Origin: Anthoceros angustus | Taxonomy: Eukaryota > Plantae > Anthocerotophyta | Assembly (NCBI GenBank): GCA_010909165.1 | Contig: VJWM01000172.1 | Location: forward strand, 310,001-374,000 | Reading direction: 5' to 3' | Length of the DNA: 64,000 nucleotides | Part shown: one piece after another, positions 12,400-24,555 of the stretch | How the letters are laid out: each line of letters opens with the position of its first letter | Position numbering within the stretch: position 1 is the stretch's first letter | Translations under genes and position numbers: made by a program | Notes under the pieces: generated by a model | Databases searched by the model: none | The model's input: only the letters and a program-made list of their open reading frames with translations | What the model was told of the DNA's origin: nothing

Positions 12400-12745
12400 A
12401 GGGCTTCCCAAATTTCTGAAGCTGCAGCTCTTGAACAGTCTTGCAGCCCTCAAGGATCGTGATCAGCGTAGCATCCATGTCATCGTCGTCGGAATGTCAC
12501 CGACTTACTTGGAGTTCGGTGGTGCTGCCTTGTTCAAATAGCGCTCCCAAGCCGCGTGTAACGAAGAAGCTGGCAGCACTAAGCTCATTCAGAGCACGAC
12601 TAGAGCGAAGCGCATCTGTCAGGGCGTCTCCCAGCCCCAGCTCCACACCCTGCTGGCCTCCCTTATACGCGTTGAGATGGAGCGATTCAAAGCGAAGACA
12701 TTGTAGCAGTATCCAAGTCAGCAGGTGTTTCAGATGCACTTCACT
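12400..12745 (-). pseudogene. RNI-like LRR fragment
   Basis: LRFESLHLNAYKGGQQGVELGLGDALTDALRSSRALNELS...DATLITILEGCKTVQELQLQ. Confidence 0.5.
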
Positions 12746-12809
12746 CACTGACAGTGTCAAAATCATCAGGCCACACCAAAGCTTCAAGCAGTGGAATGCT
12801 GGACATGGC

Positions 12810-13260
12810 AATGTTGTTTGCATCAGGTGTGTGTCAAGGAGTGTTCCAAGGGCTGGGCAAGGATAAACGTTTCACAAAAGGGCATTATCGTTTCTGTCTC
12901 AAGGGGTTGAAACGCAGAACAATGGGAAGCTGGATGCTATTTTTTGGTTGCTTCTTCGGAAACTCGGAACGCATTCAAGGAATTTTTGCCCCATGTCGGA
13001 CTTGACAGATATTGTAGCTCTTCGGTGACCCTTACGGCTGCTGCCCAACACTCCTAATCCTTTCTTGGAAGTGGCTGTTGTGAAGGCTTTTGAATCTCCA
13101 CTGTCAGACGCCCTTTAAAGGAGTGTTTCATTTCGAGGCAGTAGGAAGTGGAAAGCGGACCATGCACATGGATGTTTTGCGCAGGGCTGTGGGTCGTTCT
13201 TTCTTCGACAGAGAAGGGCATAGCATTTTGCAGGTGCGTTCAGGAAGAGAGTTATGTATG
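12810..13260 (+). pseudogene. Inverted paralog of 11790-12260
   Basis: RFTKGHYRFCL...FFGNSER...LLPNTPNPFLEVAVVKAF...MDVLRRAV. At DNA level TTTCACAAA(A)GGGCATTATCG occurs on opposite strands at ~12870 and ~12160. Confidence 0.55.
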
Positions 13261-13316
13261 TGGCTATGTGCATTGTTCCGTAATTTGGTGTGCCCCACTC
13301 TCGTCGCTGTTCACTC

Positions 13317-13522
13317 TGTAGCGGTCCAGGATGGTCCAGGATCCACACAGATGTCATTCAGATTAGTGAGCAGGTGTGCTCAATACATTGGGGCTGTGCC
13401 CAAGCGTTGCGTGTGAGTAACCGTCTCAATGTCGGTTCGCTAGAATGCCTATTCGATATCTGGCTTATTGTCAAGTAGATTCGAACCGTGCCCTAAGGGC
13501 TAGTGTGCTACATAACTTAACA
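13317..13522 (-). repeat. Copia 3' LTR (206 bp)
   Basis: TGTAGCGGTCC...CATAACTTAACA, followed on + by CTCCCACT (PPT AGTGGGAG on -). Confidence 0.95.
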
Positions 13523-13567
13523 CTCCCACTTAGTGCCTAGTCCTTAGGTTCTATAATTTTTCTTAAG

Positions 13568-14960
13568 CTATTGGATATGTGATAAGCTTCTTAGTCCCAT
13601 GTTCGTCGCATGTTGTTGATGTTTAGCAGATGTGAGCGCCTTGGTAAGTACGTCTGCTGTCATTTTATTCTGTCCAACAGACTTGAACTTACCGCCTCTT
13701 ACTACTTCTCTGATGAAGTGGAACTGAACTTCAATGTGTTTTGTTCTCGCGTGGAACTTCGGATTGTAAGTGAGTGCTATGGCACTTTGGTTGTCACAAT
13801 AAAGTGGTCTTGGTATGTCTTGTGTTTCTCCGAGTTCCGTTAGTTGTAGGAGTTGCCAGAGTCCGTCTTTGCAAGCATGTGTTAGCGAGCAGTACTCGGC
13901 CTCTGTTGAGCTGAGTGCGACCACCTGTTGTCTCTTGCTGCTCCAGCTTGTGGCTGTTCCTCCCAGTAGGTAGGCATAGCTGCTCGTGCTTTTCCTGTTG
14001 TCAGCATTTCCTGCCCAGTCGGCATCGCTATAACCTTCTAGTTGTAGAGGTTGACCTTGTTTAATTGTCGATTGATATAACAGCCCTATGTCGGAGGTGC
14101 CTCGCAAGTATCTGAATACCCGCTTTGCCGCCTTCCAATGGGCTTGTGCCGAGCCGCTAAGAATTGAGATAGTGCTCCCCGAAAATGCAAGGTCGGTCTT
14201 GTGCATACCATAAGGTACATTAAGCGCCGATGGGCGAGTATGGTAACTCGTTGTTGCTTGGAGTAGCTGCTTGATATTCTTGATCTTCATCCTTGCTGAG
14301 TTTCAGGTTAGACTCCATAGGTGTGGAGATAGGCTTACAATCTAGCATATTAAACTTAGCTAGGATTTCCTGAATGTACTTAGACTGATGGATGAAAATA
14401 CTTCTAATTTCCCTATGCCTTAAAACTTGAATGCCTAAACAAAATGAAAGTTCACGGCAAGTGGTCATAGAGAAACGTTTAGCGAGCATGAGTCTGGTGT
14501 CTTCTAGGATGCCCTTAGAGTTAGACATAAGAACTATATCATCTACGTAAACTGCTAGTACGATAAAATGATTGCTTACTCTCTTAATGTATATGTTACT
14601 ATCTGAGCTGAGTCTTGTAAAACCTAGCTCTTCTAAGGTGTCATCCAGCTTGGAGTACCACTCCAGTGCACTTTGTTTGAGTCCGTATAGGGCCTTCAAT
14701 AATAAGCAAGCATTATAAAGTTGTTTGTTGACTTTGAGTCCTTCCGGGATCTCCATGTAGATAGTATGTTGAAGGTCGCCATATAAAATGCGATCTTAAT
14801 ATCTAGTTGCATAAGCTCATAATCATGATGAGCTAGGGCCATTAGGATTCTAAGTGAGGTTATTTTAATCTTGGACTAAAGGTCTCATAGTCGAAGCCAT
14901 GTTTTGTGAGTATCCCTTAGCCACTAGTCTAGCTTTATATCTTTCTATAGTCTCGCATTT
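13568..14960 (-). CDS. pol: Copia RT-RNase H (frameshifted)
   Basis: KLVGSKWTFKIK, LKALYGLKQSALEW, AVYVDD, GYSDADWAG, SSTEAEY, YCDNQSAI, HARTKHIEVQFHFIRE. Confidence 0.95.
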
Positions 14961-16030
14961 AATTTTATCTTAAAGGTCCATTTAGAACCTACTAGTTTTC
15001 TATCCTTAGGTAGGGTAGTTAGTGTCCAAGTTTTATTAGCTTTTAAGGATTCTAGTTCTGACCTTATTGCTTGCTTCCTGTGTTCCTTTTGTGCGCAGGT
15101 GATAGCCTTCCGGTAGCTGGCGGGGACAAACTGATCTATTGCTGCGTTAAGACAATAGGCTAAATTATTTTTAGGATCCCGCCAGTTAGTTGGAGAATAT
15201 CTGTTTATTTTACCTGCGTTTGATCGCTGAGGACGTCTACCTCTGGTGTCGTTGATGTTATCTGGCTGTAACATGTCCTCGTTGGTATCCTCGGGATAGG
15301 CAGTTGGGATATCCTCGGCAGCTTGCATATGTGTAGGTTGAAGACTTGAATTAGCATTATCATTATTATTAAAATAAAGGTGCCTACTTGCTTTAGGAGT
15401 GCGGGCCGGGGGAGATTGGTTTGAGTTGTGTGTCCAATCGCACATATATGAGTCATGAAGCACATGATCCGCAGTTGCGGATAGCCGAGTGCCGGCTTCT
15501 CTGATTGCGCCAACCGCAATGTGTTGCCATGAGCGTTCGAGGATGTGCAGTGAGCCTGCGGTGGACGTCGATGCGAGCCATGGTGAGCGTCGAGGCTGGC
15601 GCCCGCGCGCTGAAGTGGGTTGTCCATGTGCGCGCCGTGTGATGGGGCATGCACGCGTTGGGTAGGGGCCGCTGGATCTCTCCGGGATGCGTGGAGCGGA
15701 TCTGCTGGATGGCTTCTTGGTTATGTGCACCTCGGGGTGTGCCTCCCTGCGCGACTCGGTCCGAGATGGTGGTGGAGGTCTTGCAAGCTGTCCTCATCCT
15801 GGAGCGCTCCGGTCCTGCGATTCCCCTCTCAAGCCGGGCGTTGGAGATGGAGCCGAGGGTGGTGATGCGGGTGAGTCAAGGTCGTCTTCTTGAAATCGCC
15901 AAAACAATTGATGGAGCCCGAGGGTGGTGATGCAGTGTGGCCGTGGTGGGTGGGCGGGTGTGAGGTGTGGTGGAGGTTGCAGTCTTTGGAGGTGCAGAAA
16001 TCGTGAGCCCACCTCATCATCATGTCGGAT

Positions 16031-17620
16031 TTAGTGGTGCTCCCCGGTTGGTGCATGTCCTCCAGAAGGTGGCGTCGAGGAGTAGGTCACTCTGTGTCGA
16101 GGATGGATGATCTTATAACCTTTCACCTTAGTGAACCCAATGAAGATGTACTTTTGAGCTCTGTTGTCCAATTTCTTCCTAATAGCTTTTGGTACGTGTG
16201 CGTACACAGGAGCTCCAAATACCCGAAGGGAGGAAAGGTCGGGCTTGGAGCCGGTCCAAGCTTCGTATGGTGTGCCTTGGGGAAGAGCTGAGGTCAGTGT
16301 CCGATTGCTAATGTAGACGGCGTGTTGCATGGCCTCAGGCCAATAGGTCTTGGGCAGTTGGGCGTGGATGAGCATTGAGAGTCCACAAGTCTGAATAGTG
16401 CGATTCATTCTTTCTGACACGCCGTTTTGTTGGGAGGTGTGGGGGGTGGTAACCTGTCTGTTTATTCCCTTGTCTCTGCAGAACTGGATAAAGGCTGTTG
16501 AGCCGTATTCACCACCTCCATCACTGCGGAGACATAGGAGAGAGTCTCCTGTTTGCTTCTCTGCCCACGTAGTGTACTCTTTAAAGTAGGTAAGTGCTTG
16601 AGATTTATGCTTGAGTAGGTAAATGACCGTGAATCGGCTAAAGTCGTCGATCAGCAGCATGAAGTAGTTGAAGCCAAACATGGATCTGTTAAAGGGGCCA
16701 CACAAGTCAGAGTGAACTAGCTGGAGTCTCTTTGTGGCTCTGGTTGTAGATGTTTTGGGGAACGGAGCACGATGGCTCTTCCCAAGTGTACAGGCTTCGC
16801 AGTTGCCGAATTCTTCGACCTTGGTTAGTGAAATTCCATTAGCGGCTTGTGTCTTGATCATTTCCTTCATTCGTCTCATGTTCATATGCCCTAATCGGGC
16901 ATGCCACAAATATGTCGACTTTGTGTGTGTGTTCTGCGAGATAGGGAGGTGGGTGACCACGAGGTGATATAAGTCGTCATGCTTGAGGTCGCCGGCAATC
17001 AAGTCGCCTTGAGGAGTCTCTATCACACAATGTCCATCACCAAAGCAAACGAGTCACCGATCCACTTTACGAATGAGAACAAATTTTTGGTAAGGCCGGG
17101 TACTAGTAGGACATCTGATATTTGCAGGGTGGAGTCTGGTTGGACGTTTAAATCTCGACCCATGGCACGTGATGTCAGGCTTGGAGTCATCGCCTAAGCT
17201 GACGAAGTGTGGTGGTGCTGCAGGTATAATCTTTGTGAAATATTCTTTGTGCGGGGTCATGTGTTGAGAGGCCGGAATCTATGTACCAAGTGTGTGCCTC
17301 TTGGGCTGATAGGCAGGACGCAACTAAGGCGGAGGGCTGATTGCTATGTACAGGTTCGTAGGTTGTATGGGTTGTGAAAGCCTTGGAATGGCGTTGCATA
17401 GTTAGGGCCAGTTGGCGATGGCCTCTGTTGTTGTTGGAGGATGCTAACCTCTTGCGACATTCTTCGTATGTATGGCCGGGTATTTTGCAGAACCCGCAGA
17501 CGGGCTTCCAAGAGGGGTTATATGTCCCTCTACCACGATTGGGGTAACCACCCCGTCCTCTAGAGTTGCCTCGCATGTTTACTCTAAAGTTTCCCCTTCC
17601 TCGACCTCTGGCTCTTCCTT
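16031..17620 (-). CDS. pol: Copia Zn-knuckle, protease, GAG-pre-integrase and integrase (duplication copy A)
   Basis: CGFCKIPGHTYEEC, WYIDSG, WHARLGH...CEACTLGK, VHSDLCGP, LRSDGGGEY, QQNGVSERMNRT. The 331-aa ORF 16031..17026 is intact. Confidence 0.95.
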
Positions 17621-17624
17621 GTAG

Positions 17625-18957
17625 AAATACCGAAGGAGGAAAGGTCGGCTTGGAGCCGGTCCAAGCTTCGTATGGTGTGCCTTGTGGGAGGCGAGGTCGG
17701 TGTCCATTGCTAATGTAGGCAGGCGTGTTGCATGGCCTCGAGCCAATAGGTCTTGGGCGGTTGAGCGTGGATGAGCATTGAGAGTCCACAAGTCGAATAG
17801 TGCGATTCATTCTCTCGACAGTTTTGTTGGGAGGTGTGGGGTGGTAACTGTCTGTTTATTCCCTTGTCTACTGGGATAAAGGGCACGTATTCACCACCTC
17901 CATCACTGGAGACATAGGAGAGTCTCTGTTTGCTTCTCGCCACGTAGTGTACTCTTTAAAGTAGGTGAGTGCTTGAGATTTATGCTTCAGTAGGTAAATG
18001 ACCGTGAATCGGCTAAAGTCGTCGATCGTGACGAAGTAGTTGAAGCCAAACATGGATCTATTAAAGGGGCCACACAAGTCGAGTGAACTAGTCTCTTTGT
18101 GGCTCGGTTGTAGATGTTTTGGAGCAGACACGATGGCTCTTCCCAAGTGTCTGTTTGATTGCCGAATTCTTGACCTTGGTTAGTGAAATTCCATTAGCGG
18201 CTTGTGTCTTGATCATTTCCTTCATTCGTCTCATGTTCATATGCCTAATCGGGCATGCCACAAATATGTCGACTTTGTGTGTGTGTTCTGCGAGATAGGG
18301 AGGTGGGTGACCACGAGGTGATATAAGTCGTCATGCTTGAGGTCGCCGGTGGCAATCAAGTCGCCTTGAGGAGTCTCTATCACACAATGTCCATCACCAA
18401 AGCAACGTGTGCACGATCCACTTCTGAGAGAACAAATTTTTGGTAAGGCCGGGTACTAGGACATCGATATTTGCGAGGTGGAGTCGGTTGGACGTTTAAA
18501 TCTCGACCCATGGCACTGTGATTACGTGGAGTCATCGCCTAAGGCGAAGTGTGGTGGTCTGCGGTATAATCTTTGTGAAATATTCTTTGTGCGGGGTCAT
18601 GTGTTGAGAGGCCGGAATCTATGTACCAAGTGTGTGCCTCTTGGGCGATAGCGGGGCCTTAACTAAGGCGGAGGGCTGATTGCTATGTCTGAGTTAAAGG
18701 TTGTATGGGTTGTGAAAGCCTTGGAATGGCGTTGCATAGTTAGGGCGTTGGCGATCGCCTCTGTTGTTGTTGGAGGATGCTAACCTCTTGTGACATTCTT
18801 CGTATGTATGGTATTTTGCAGAACCCAGATGGCTTCAAGAGGGGTTATATGTCCCTCTACCACGATTGGGGTAACCACCCCGTCCTCTAGAGTTGCCTCG
18901 CATGTTTACTCTAAAGTTTCCCTTCCTCGACCTGGCTCTTCCTTGTAGAAATACCGA
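17625..18957 (-). pseudogene. Duplication copy B of copia gag C-terminus, PR and partial INT, heavily frameshifted
   Basis: Collinear with 16217-17624; fragments DLCGPFNRSMFGFNYF and SDGGGEY. Confidence 0.9.
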
Positions 18958-19295
18958 TGATGTGTCTCGGTGTGGGCGAAGACTTTCCGGCGTCCTTCTT
19001 GATAAGCATAGCGAGTACTTTGTTAACCGTTAGCTGGATGCCTTGAAGGCTTTGTACGACGATCCATGATTACGTAGTGTTGATAGCAGGATCGCAAGGA
19101 GCTCCTCGGGGATGTTGAATCCTAAAGCCTGGAATTTCACAGTCCAACTGCGAAAGACCATGGCATGGTGGTCTACATGGTATCAGAGCAGGCATATTTC
19201 AATGCCTAGCCAACGGCGCAGGGAGCGTCTCCAAAGGCGCGCCGCTAGGCAAGCATACCTGCTAGAATTACAAAGAAGCAACCGTGAGAATGCAT

Positions 19296-19307
19296 GCTCT
19301 GATACCA
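19296..19307 (-). promoter_or_regulatory. Primer-binding site, tRNAi-Met (TGGTATCAGAGC)
   Basis: GCTCTGATACCA on + abutting the LTR. Confidence 0.95.
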
Positions 19308-19507
19308 TGTAGCGGTCCAGGATGGTCGGGATCCACGGATGTCATTGATTAGTGAGCGGTGTGCTCAATACATTGGTGGGCCTGCCAAGCGTTGCGTGTG
19401 AGTAACCGTCTCAATGTCGGTTCGCTAGAATGCCTATTCGATATCTGGCTTATTGTCAAGTAGATTCGAACCGTGCCCTAAGGGCTAGTGTGCTACATAA
19501 CTTAACA
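19308..19507 (-). repeat. Copia 5' LTR (200 bp)
   Basis: Matches 13317-13522; the differences cluster at or next to CAG/CTG sites. Confidence 0.95.
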
Positions 19508-20329
19508 CACTCTTGCCTATGTTTTGCCTCCACCTGCTTCGCTTCTCTTTGGGTGAATGACTTGTGACAGGCTCTCGACCTTAGTTGCTGCAGATGATGC
19601 TGTCGGCCTCAAACGTTGATGACAACCAACGGCTGAGAGAAGCCTGAGGCTACCTTGAATGTGGCACATGAGGAGTCCCAGCAGACGGTTAGCCCATTGG
19701 CTCCGAGTCCTGCCTGCAGCACACACATATTGTAGCGTGGATAATTTACATAGGTGCAATGTACATCTAAAGCAACACTTCTGAGACCATCCTCATGTGG
19801 AATTAATATTGGCACAACAATCGGACAGGTCAGAACTTCTGGGGCCAACATTTGGGCAGATCCATGTGCACGCAACATATTATCTTGATAAGCACCACGG
19901 AACGTTATATTTTTCTTGCTTGAATTCCTCCCAAACGTCATTGATGCAATGGCAGCGCCATTGATGCAATTGGGTGGCTGGTTTACCATATTTTCCAACG
20001 TGCTGAGGAAGGCTTGCTGAATTCGGCATCACGAAGATTGGAAGTCCACTATCACCCAGATTCTGCAGAGCAGCAGACATTCATATATGTACGCGGTTGA
20101 TGGCTTCGACACTCAGGCCACCGGTCCTAACATGATCCGGAGGGGGCACATTTATCCATTGCAGATTGTGGGCTTTAAGTAAACGAATAGGTGAGCAAAA
20201 CCTAGCATTTATTCAATGTGCTAGGGCTTGGTGTCTAAGAGGAGTTTGTTCGCCACAGGGCTTCATTGTAGGGTCGCCACTCACTTATCGTCTCGTCTTT
20301 CGAACGTTTTTGCGCGCCAACACGCAGCC

Positions 20330-22543
20330 ATGAATGTCTTCTGGGGTATGCACGCGTCTTGCGTCGCAGTGTGTCTGTTTGGGTGGCGATGTCGTGAAGT
20401 GTGATGCCATGTGCAATTCTACTCTTCCGGACTGAATGCTGAATGCGGAATGCCGATCGTTTTCAACAGGTGTAGAGCTGAACCCGGGCAAGCCCCACAG
20501 GCATCGGGCAGATCCCTACGACTACACCAAGCTTCATTTGTCCCAGGTTGGAATGGCGCGTGCAAGTCGGTGTGTTGGGGTGCTTTTAAAGTATACTGTC
20601 CTGACGGTTTGGTGCTCGTTTGCAGGCTACTCTTGGCCTTGATGTGAAATCAAAGGAGAGAGTGGTGGTGAAGTGCAAAGTTGGGGACCAAGATGAGATT
20701 CTGTTGTGCTCTCTCGTTCCAGGGGTTTCGGAGTCTAGTAGTCTGGACCTTCTGTTCGACCAGGATGTCGTCTTCTCGGTGACAGGGTCAGCTAGTGTGC
20801 ACTTGACGGGGTATTACATGCCCCTGGCCGATGACACTGATGAGGAGGATGGGGATTATGACACGTATCCTTGCCGAGTTTGTTGGTCCTATTGGTCCTC
20901 AGGGAGCAATATGTTGTTAGGATGTCTGGTTTGTTTGATTCGCGGTCCCCCTGATTTTGCACTGTTGTTTAGCACTTGACATGAGCTACAGAGATGAAAT
21001 GAGTATGGATGAGGACGATGAAAGTGGGTCTGGTGAGGATTATACTAGCGACGAGGACTCTGAAGAGGAACCGGTTCCACCTAGTTCTTCCGGTAGGTCA
21101 TTGACATTGGTCATTGCTTTTTCGGAAGGGTCCTCTAAAGTTGCTCGCAAGTTCTTTTCTCATGTCGCTATCCTCTGCCACTGTAATTTGCCTCATGCCT
21201 GATGTTGTGGACTTGTATACATTCAGTGAAAATAGAAGAGATATTTGATGAGGGGCCAGGTGAAGAATCCAAGGACTTGGAAAGACCTGGGTCAAAGAAA
21301 AGGAAGCAAGCATTAGCCATAACCAATGGGAATAAGGCCACACCTGTGTCCAAGAAGGACACAGTCGAGAATCAGGATGAGGAGCCAGACGAGAGTGAAG
21401 ATGAAGATGGGTTTGTCCTGCCCAAGAAGAAAAAGAAAGTAGCTTCAGATGCTGCCAAAGCATCAGAAGTGGAGGCCAAAGCCGCAGTTGAAGAAGGGTA
21501 AGTGGTCAGCTTGTCTGCAGGATACTTCTGTACCTTTTGCAATTCATGACAACTTGACCTCTTGCTGTCATCCAGAGCCAAAGGCAGTGCAAAGAAGAAA
21601 AAGAAGAAGGCTGATGCTGCCAAGGCCTTGAAAGAAGTGACTGCGGTTGCAGAAGTCAAGGCATCTCCTGCAGTAGCAAAAGTCAAAGCCACTGTAGAGA
21701 AATCGGCTGTGGCAAAGCGTGCTGCTGCAAAGCAAGCTGAAGACAAAGCAGGGAAGAACAAGAAGACTCAGCCCCGGAAGTACCCTAACGGTCTTGAGAT
21801 TCACGAAGTTGCCATGGGAAAGCCAGATGGCAAGCAAGCCAAAGTTGGCAAAAGGGTAATGTGTCATATTGAAGTAATTGAGGCTTGTATTGCATACCGC
21901 TGTTCAATTCCGTGACGTTTGTGCCCTTGCTGTGTCTTTTTTCTTCGATCCAGGTTTCAGTTATTTACACTGGAAGACTGAAGAATGGGAAGGTGTTCGA
22001 CTCCAATTTAAATAAGAAGCCATTTCAGTTCAGATTAGGTACCTGCCGTTTCTCCATATTGAGCCGACAGTTTCTTGCAGAACTTTCATCTTTTCATGTG
22101 GTTTCAAGTTCCACTGTCTGGTTCACTGTTGTCTCGTTGCTGATACTTACGCAGGAGTGGGAGAAGTCATCAAGGGCTGGGATATTGGAGTGGAGGGTAC
22201 ACGTTTTGCCTCTTATCCTTGTTGATTTCAACTTCAAAAAGTGCCTTGAAGCTTTGTGAAACACAGATCCCTCAATCGTGCTGTGTCCTGCTTGCAGGGA
22301 TGCGTGTCGGAGACAAAAGAAAATTGGTCATCCCTCCCGCGTTAGGGTAAGTACCCAAATGCATCCACAATTTGCCGTCTTACGCTTTTGGCACCTCCAG
22401 CTCTAGAGCAGCCGCATCAGCTTTATCTGTAGAAACCAATTCTAAATTTCTGCTCCTTCAGGTACGAAGCTGAAGGTGTACCGAACCAGATCCCCGGGAA
22501 CGCTACGTTGACATTTGATGTGGAGCTAGTCGACGTGAAGTAG
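20330..22543 (+). CDS. FKBP53: FKBP53/FKBP43-like nucleoplasmin-like (NPL) plus FKBP-type PPIase histone chaperone, 10 exons
   Basis: Exons 20330-20345, 20470-20546, 20626-20864, 20992-21092, 21227-21497, 21576-21855, 21954-22038, 22155-22196, 22298-22346, 22462-22543, all GT-AG. MNVFWGVELNPGK...LHLSQATLG...SVHLTGY (NPL), acidic and Lys-rich middle, VIYTGRLKNGKVFDSN...[30 protein letters not shown]...LTFDVELVDVK*. Confidence 0.95.
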
Positions 22544-23003
22544 AAACCATAGCGTTTAGTCTAGAGCCTGCGGTCTCGGCGGCAGTTGCTCTGGCGGGAA
22601 TGAGCTGTGGAGAAGGGAAATGTAGGCAGGGATTCTCCGCAATCCCGTTGGAACCCAAATTTTGCGTCTGTCGAGAACAGAACCATCCAATTTTGGCCCG
22701 GTAGCGTCGCAAATTGCATTATAGCTAGGGTTTTTAATTTACCTGATGTGACAACATGGTGATAAAAGCGCTTGCTGAAGCTTCCGACGCGGGAGGCTTT
22801 CCAATTGGTCGCCCCTGCAACTCGCTAGTGTGACGGCATTGTGATCTGCATTTGAGGAAGTTGCGGAAGCGGGAGGTTCTTCCAATTGTTCTGATTGGTG
22901 TGACCTTGTGGGCGGCGCTGTCAGCTGGGCAAGCAAGCCTTCACAGAGATTCCGATTGGTGTGATTTGTGGGCGGCGCTGTCAGCTTGGCAAGCCTTGCA
23001 GCT

Positions 23004-23866
23004 ATGGTGCTGTGGGAGCTGACGTTGGCCACGGCCTATGTGCTAGGGCTTAAAAGGACTTACCGAATTGCCCTCCGGTTGCAGCGAAAATTGCTGAGCC
23101 AGAGGTTTCCTCGCGTTCGCGGCTTTGTGTACAGGTATGTGGTTCACCAAACCCACCTAAGTATGTTGGAGATGAGGAAATTGTTGGGGAATTGGAGGTT
23201 CAACTTACGTGGGTTCTGTGGTAATGTTGCAGGAGGACTCGGGATGTATTTTCTGTTGCCATCAGAGTTCACAGAGAGATTCAGCAGAAAGATATAGCGA
23301 TTGGAAAGAGCTTGGGGAACCGCATCCTGAGGTTTCTGGATCGCGTTCGACCCCAGGCCAACATCAGAGGCGATGCCAGCGGCACGACCACCGTTCCAAG
23401 AATTGAACAAAGCCGAAGCAGTGTAGGATCGAAAGGTGCGTCTGATAGTGGCAGGCATGCCCCCGCCGTCAGCAAGTCTGAGGGTGCAACGTCTTCTGTG
23501 GATCAGGTTGACAGACATCACACAATTGGTCTTTCCAGAGCATCGGTGAGGAGTAGGATAACTGATGGGCTTAGTAGATTCAGGCAGAGGCCTGTCACAC
23601 GCTCTTTGCCGGTGATTGCGTTGGGGCTCTGGTGGCAGCCTGTGAGAAGACAAATGGAAATGGTTTTGCCCAACAGGAGTGTGGTAGAATGCCGCGGGTT
23701 GTCAACTTGGCATAGTCTTCCGGCATCTGCTCATGGCCAGCTGGAGTCATATGAAGTTCCAAGGAGGATGGGCTTGGCAGCCGGTAGCTTGTATCGCCCA
23801 GACATTGCTAGATTGATTTACAGATCTGAGGGAGTTATTAGATCCTTCTCTCCCGGACAACGGTGA
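23004..23866 (+). CDS. Conserved uncharacterised land-plant protein, 2 exons
   Basis: Exons 23004-23134 and 23233-23866. MVLWELTLATAYVLGLKRTYRIALRLQRKL...RRTRDVFSVAIRVHREIQQKDIAIGKSLGNRILRFLDRVRPQANIR matches a plant family I recall without a known function. Confidence 0.85.
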
Positions 23867-24555
23867 TGCTATGGACAGGCCTGTTTCACTACCAGTGCCT
23901 CGCTCAAGTGTTTTTAATACCATTGCTCGGCAGGGAGGGGTTGATGGTATGCGATTGGGTGCCGACGATTGCGTTGTGACCAGAGGCTGGCAACATAATA
24001 TGCAATGTGGATTATGGTGCATTCTCACATTGGGCTCTCTTTGATGGCTCATCAACTGTTTTGTGGAGCTCAGCATCGGAGCCAGATCGATGAAACAATT
24101 TTGGACAGAACACAGCGACTATATTCTCAGTGGGTCTTAAGCTGGGCGTGTAAATTAGCTTGAAGATTCGAAGGGAGAATGAGGTAAAGTGCTGACTCCT
24201 GACTCCTGATGTTGTGCGTGACATGAGTAGTTTTACATTGAGAAAACTCTGCAGGCTCTGCTCGTTTGTTCTTCCGAGACAGGATTAGGTACTTATTTCC
24301 GCGATCACCCTGTAAGAGATGAGAATAGAGCAAAGATGTAGTCTGACAATGTTTCCAATTTCAGCGCGAGGTCAAAATTTATTACAACACAAACATTCCC
24401 TGTCTCTGTGGGAACAAGGAAACTCCCTTGTCCATGTAGGAACAAGGACATGTCGGATGCCTTAGCGTATTAGTTCCGTATTTACGTTATGTATATCCAA
24501 AAACATATGGTACAAGCGGATTAGAAACGGTCACATGCTACAACCCCAAGGAGTG

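Larger units (their letters stand above)
13317..19507 (-). mobile_element. Full-length Ty1/copia LTR retrotransposon (~6.2 kb including an internal duplication)
   Basis: Two TG...CA LTRs, 5-bp TSD CACTC (13312-13316 and 19508-19512), Met-i PBS, PPT, and gag-PR-INT-RT-RH domain order. Confidence 0.97.
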
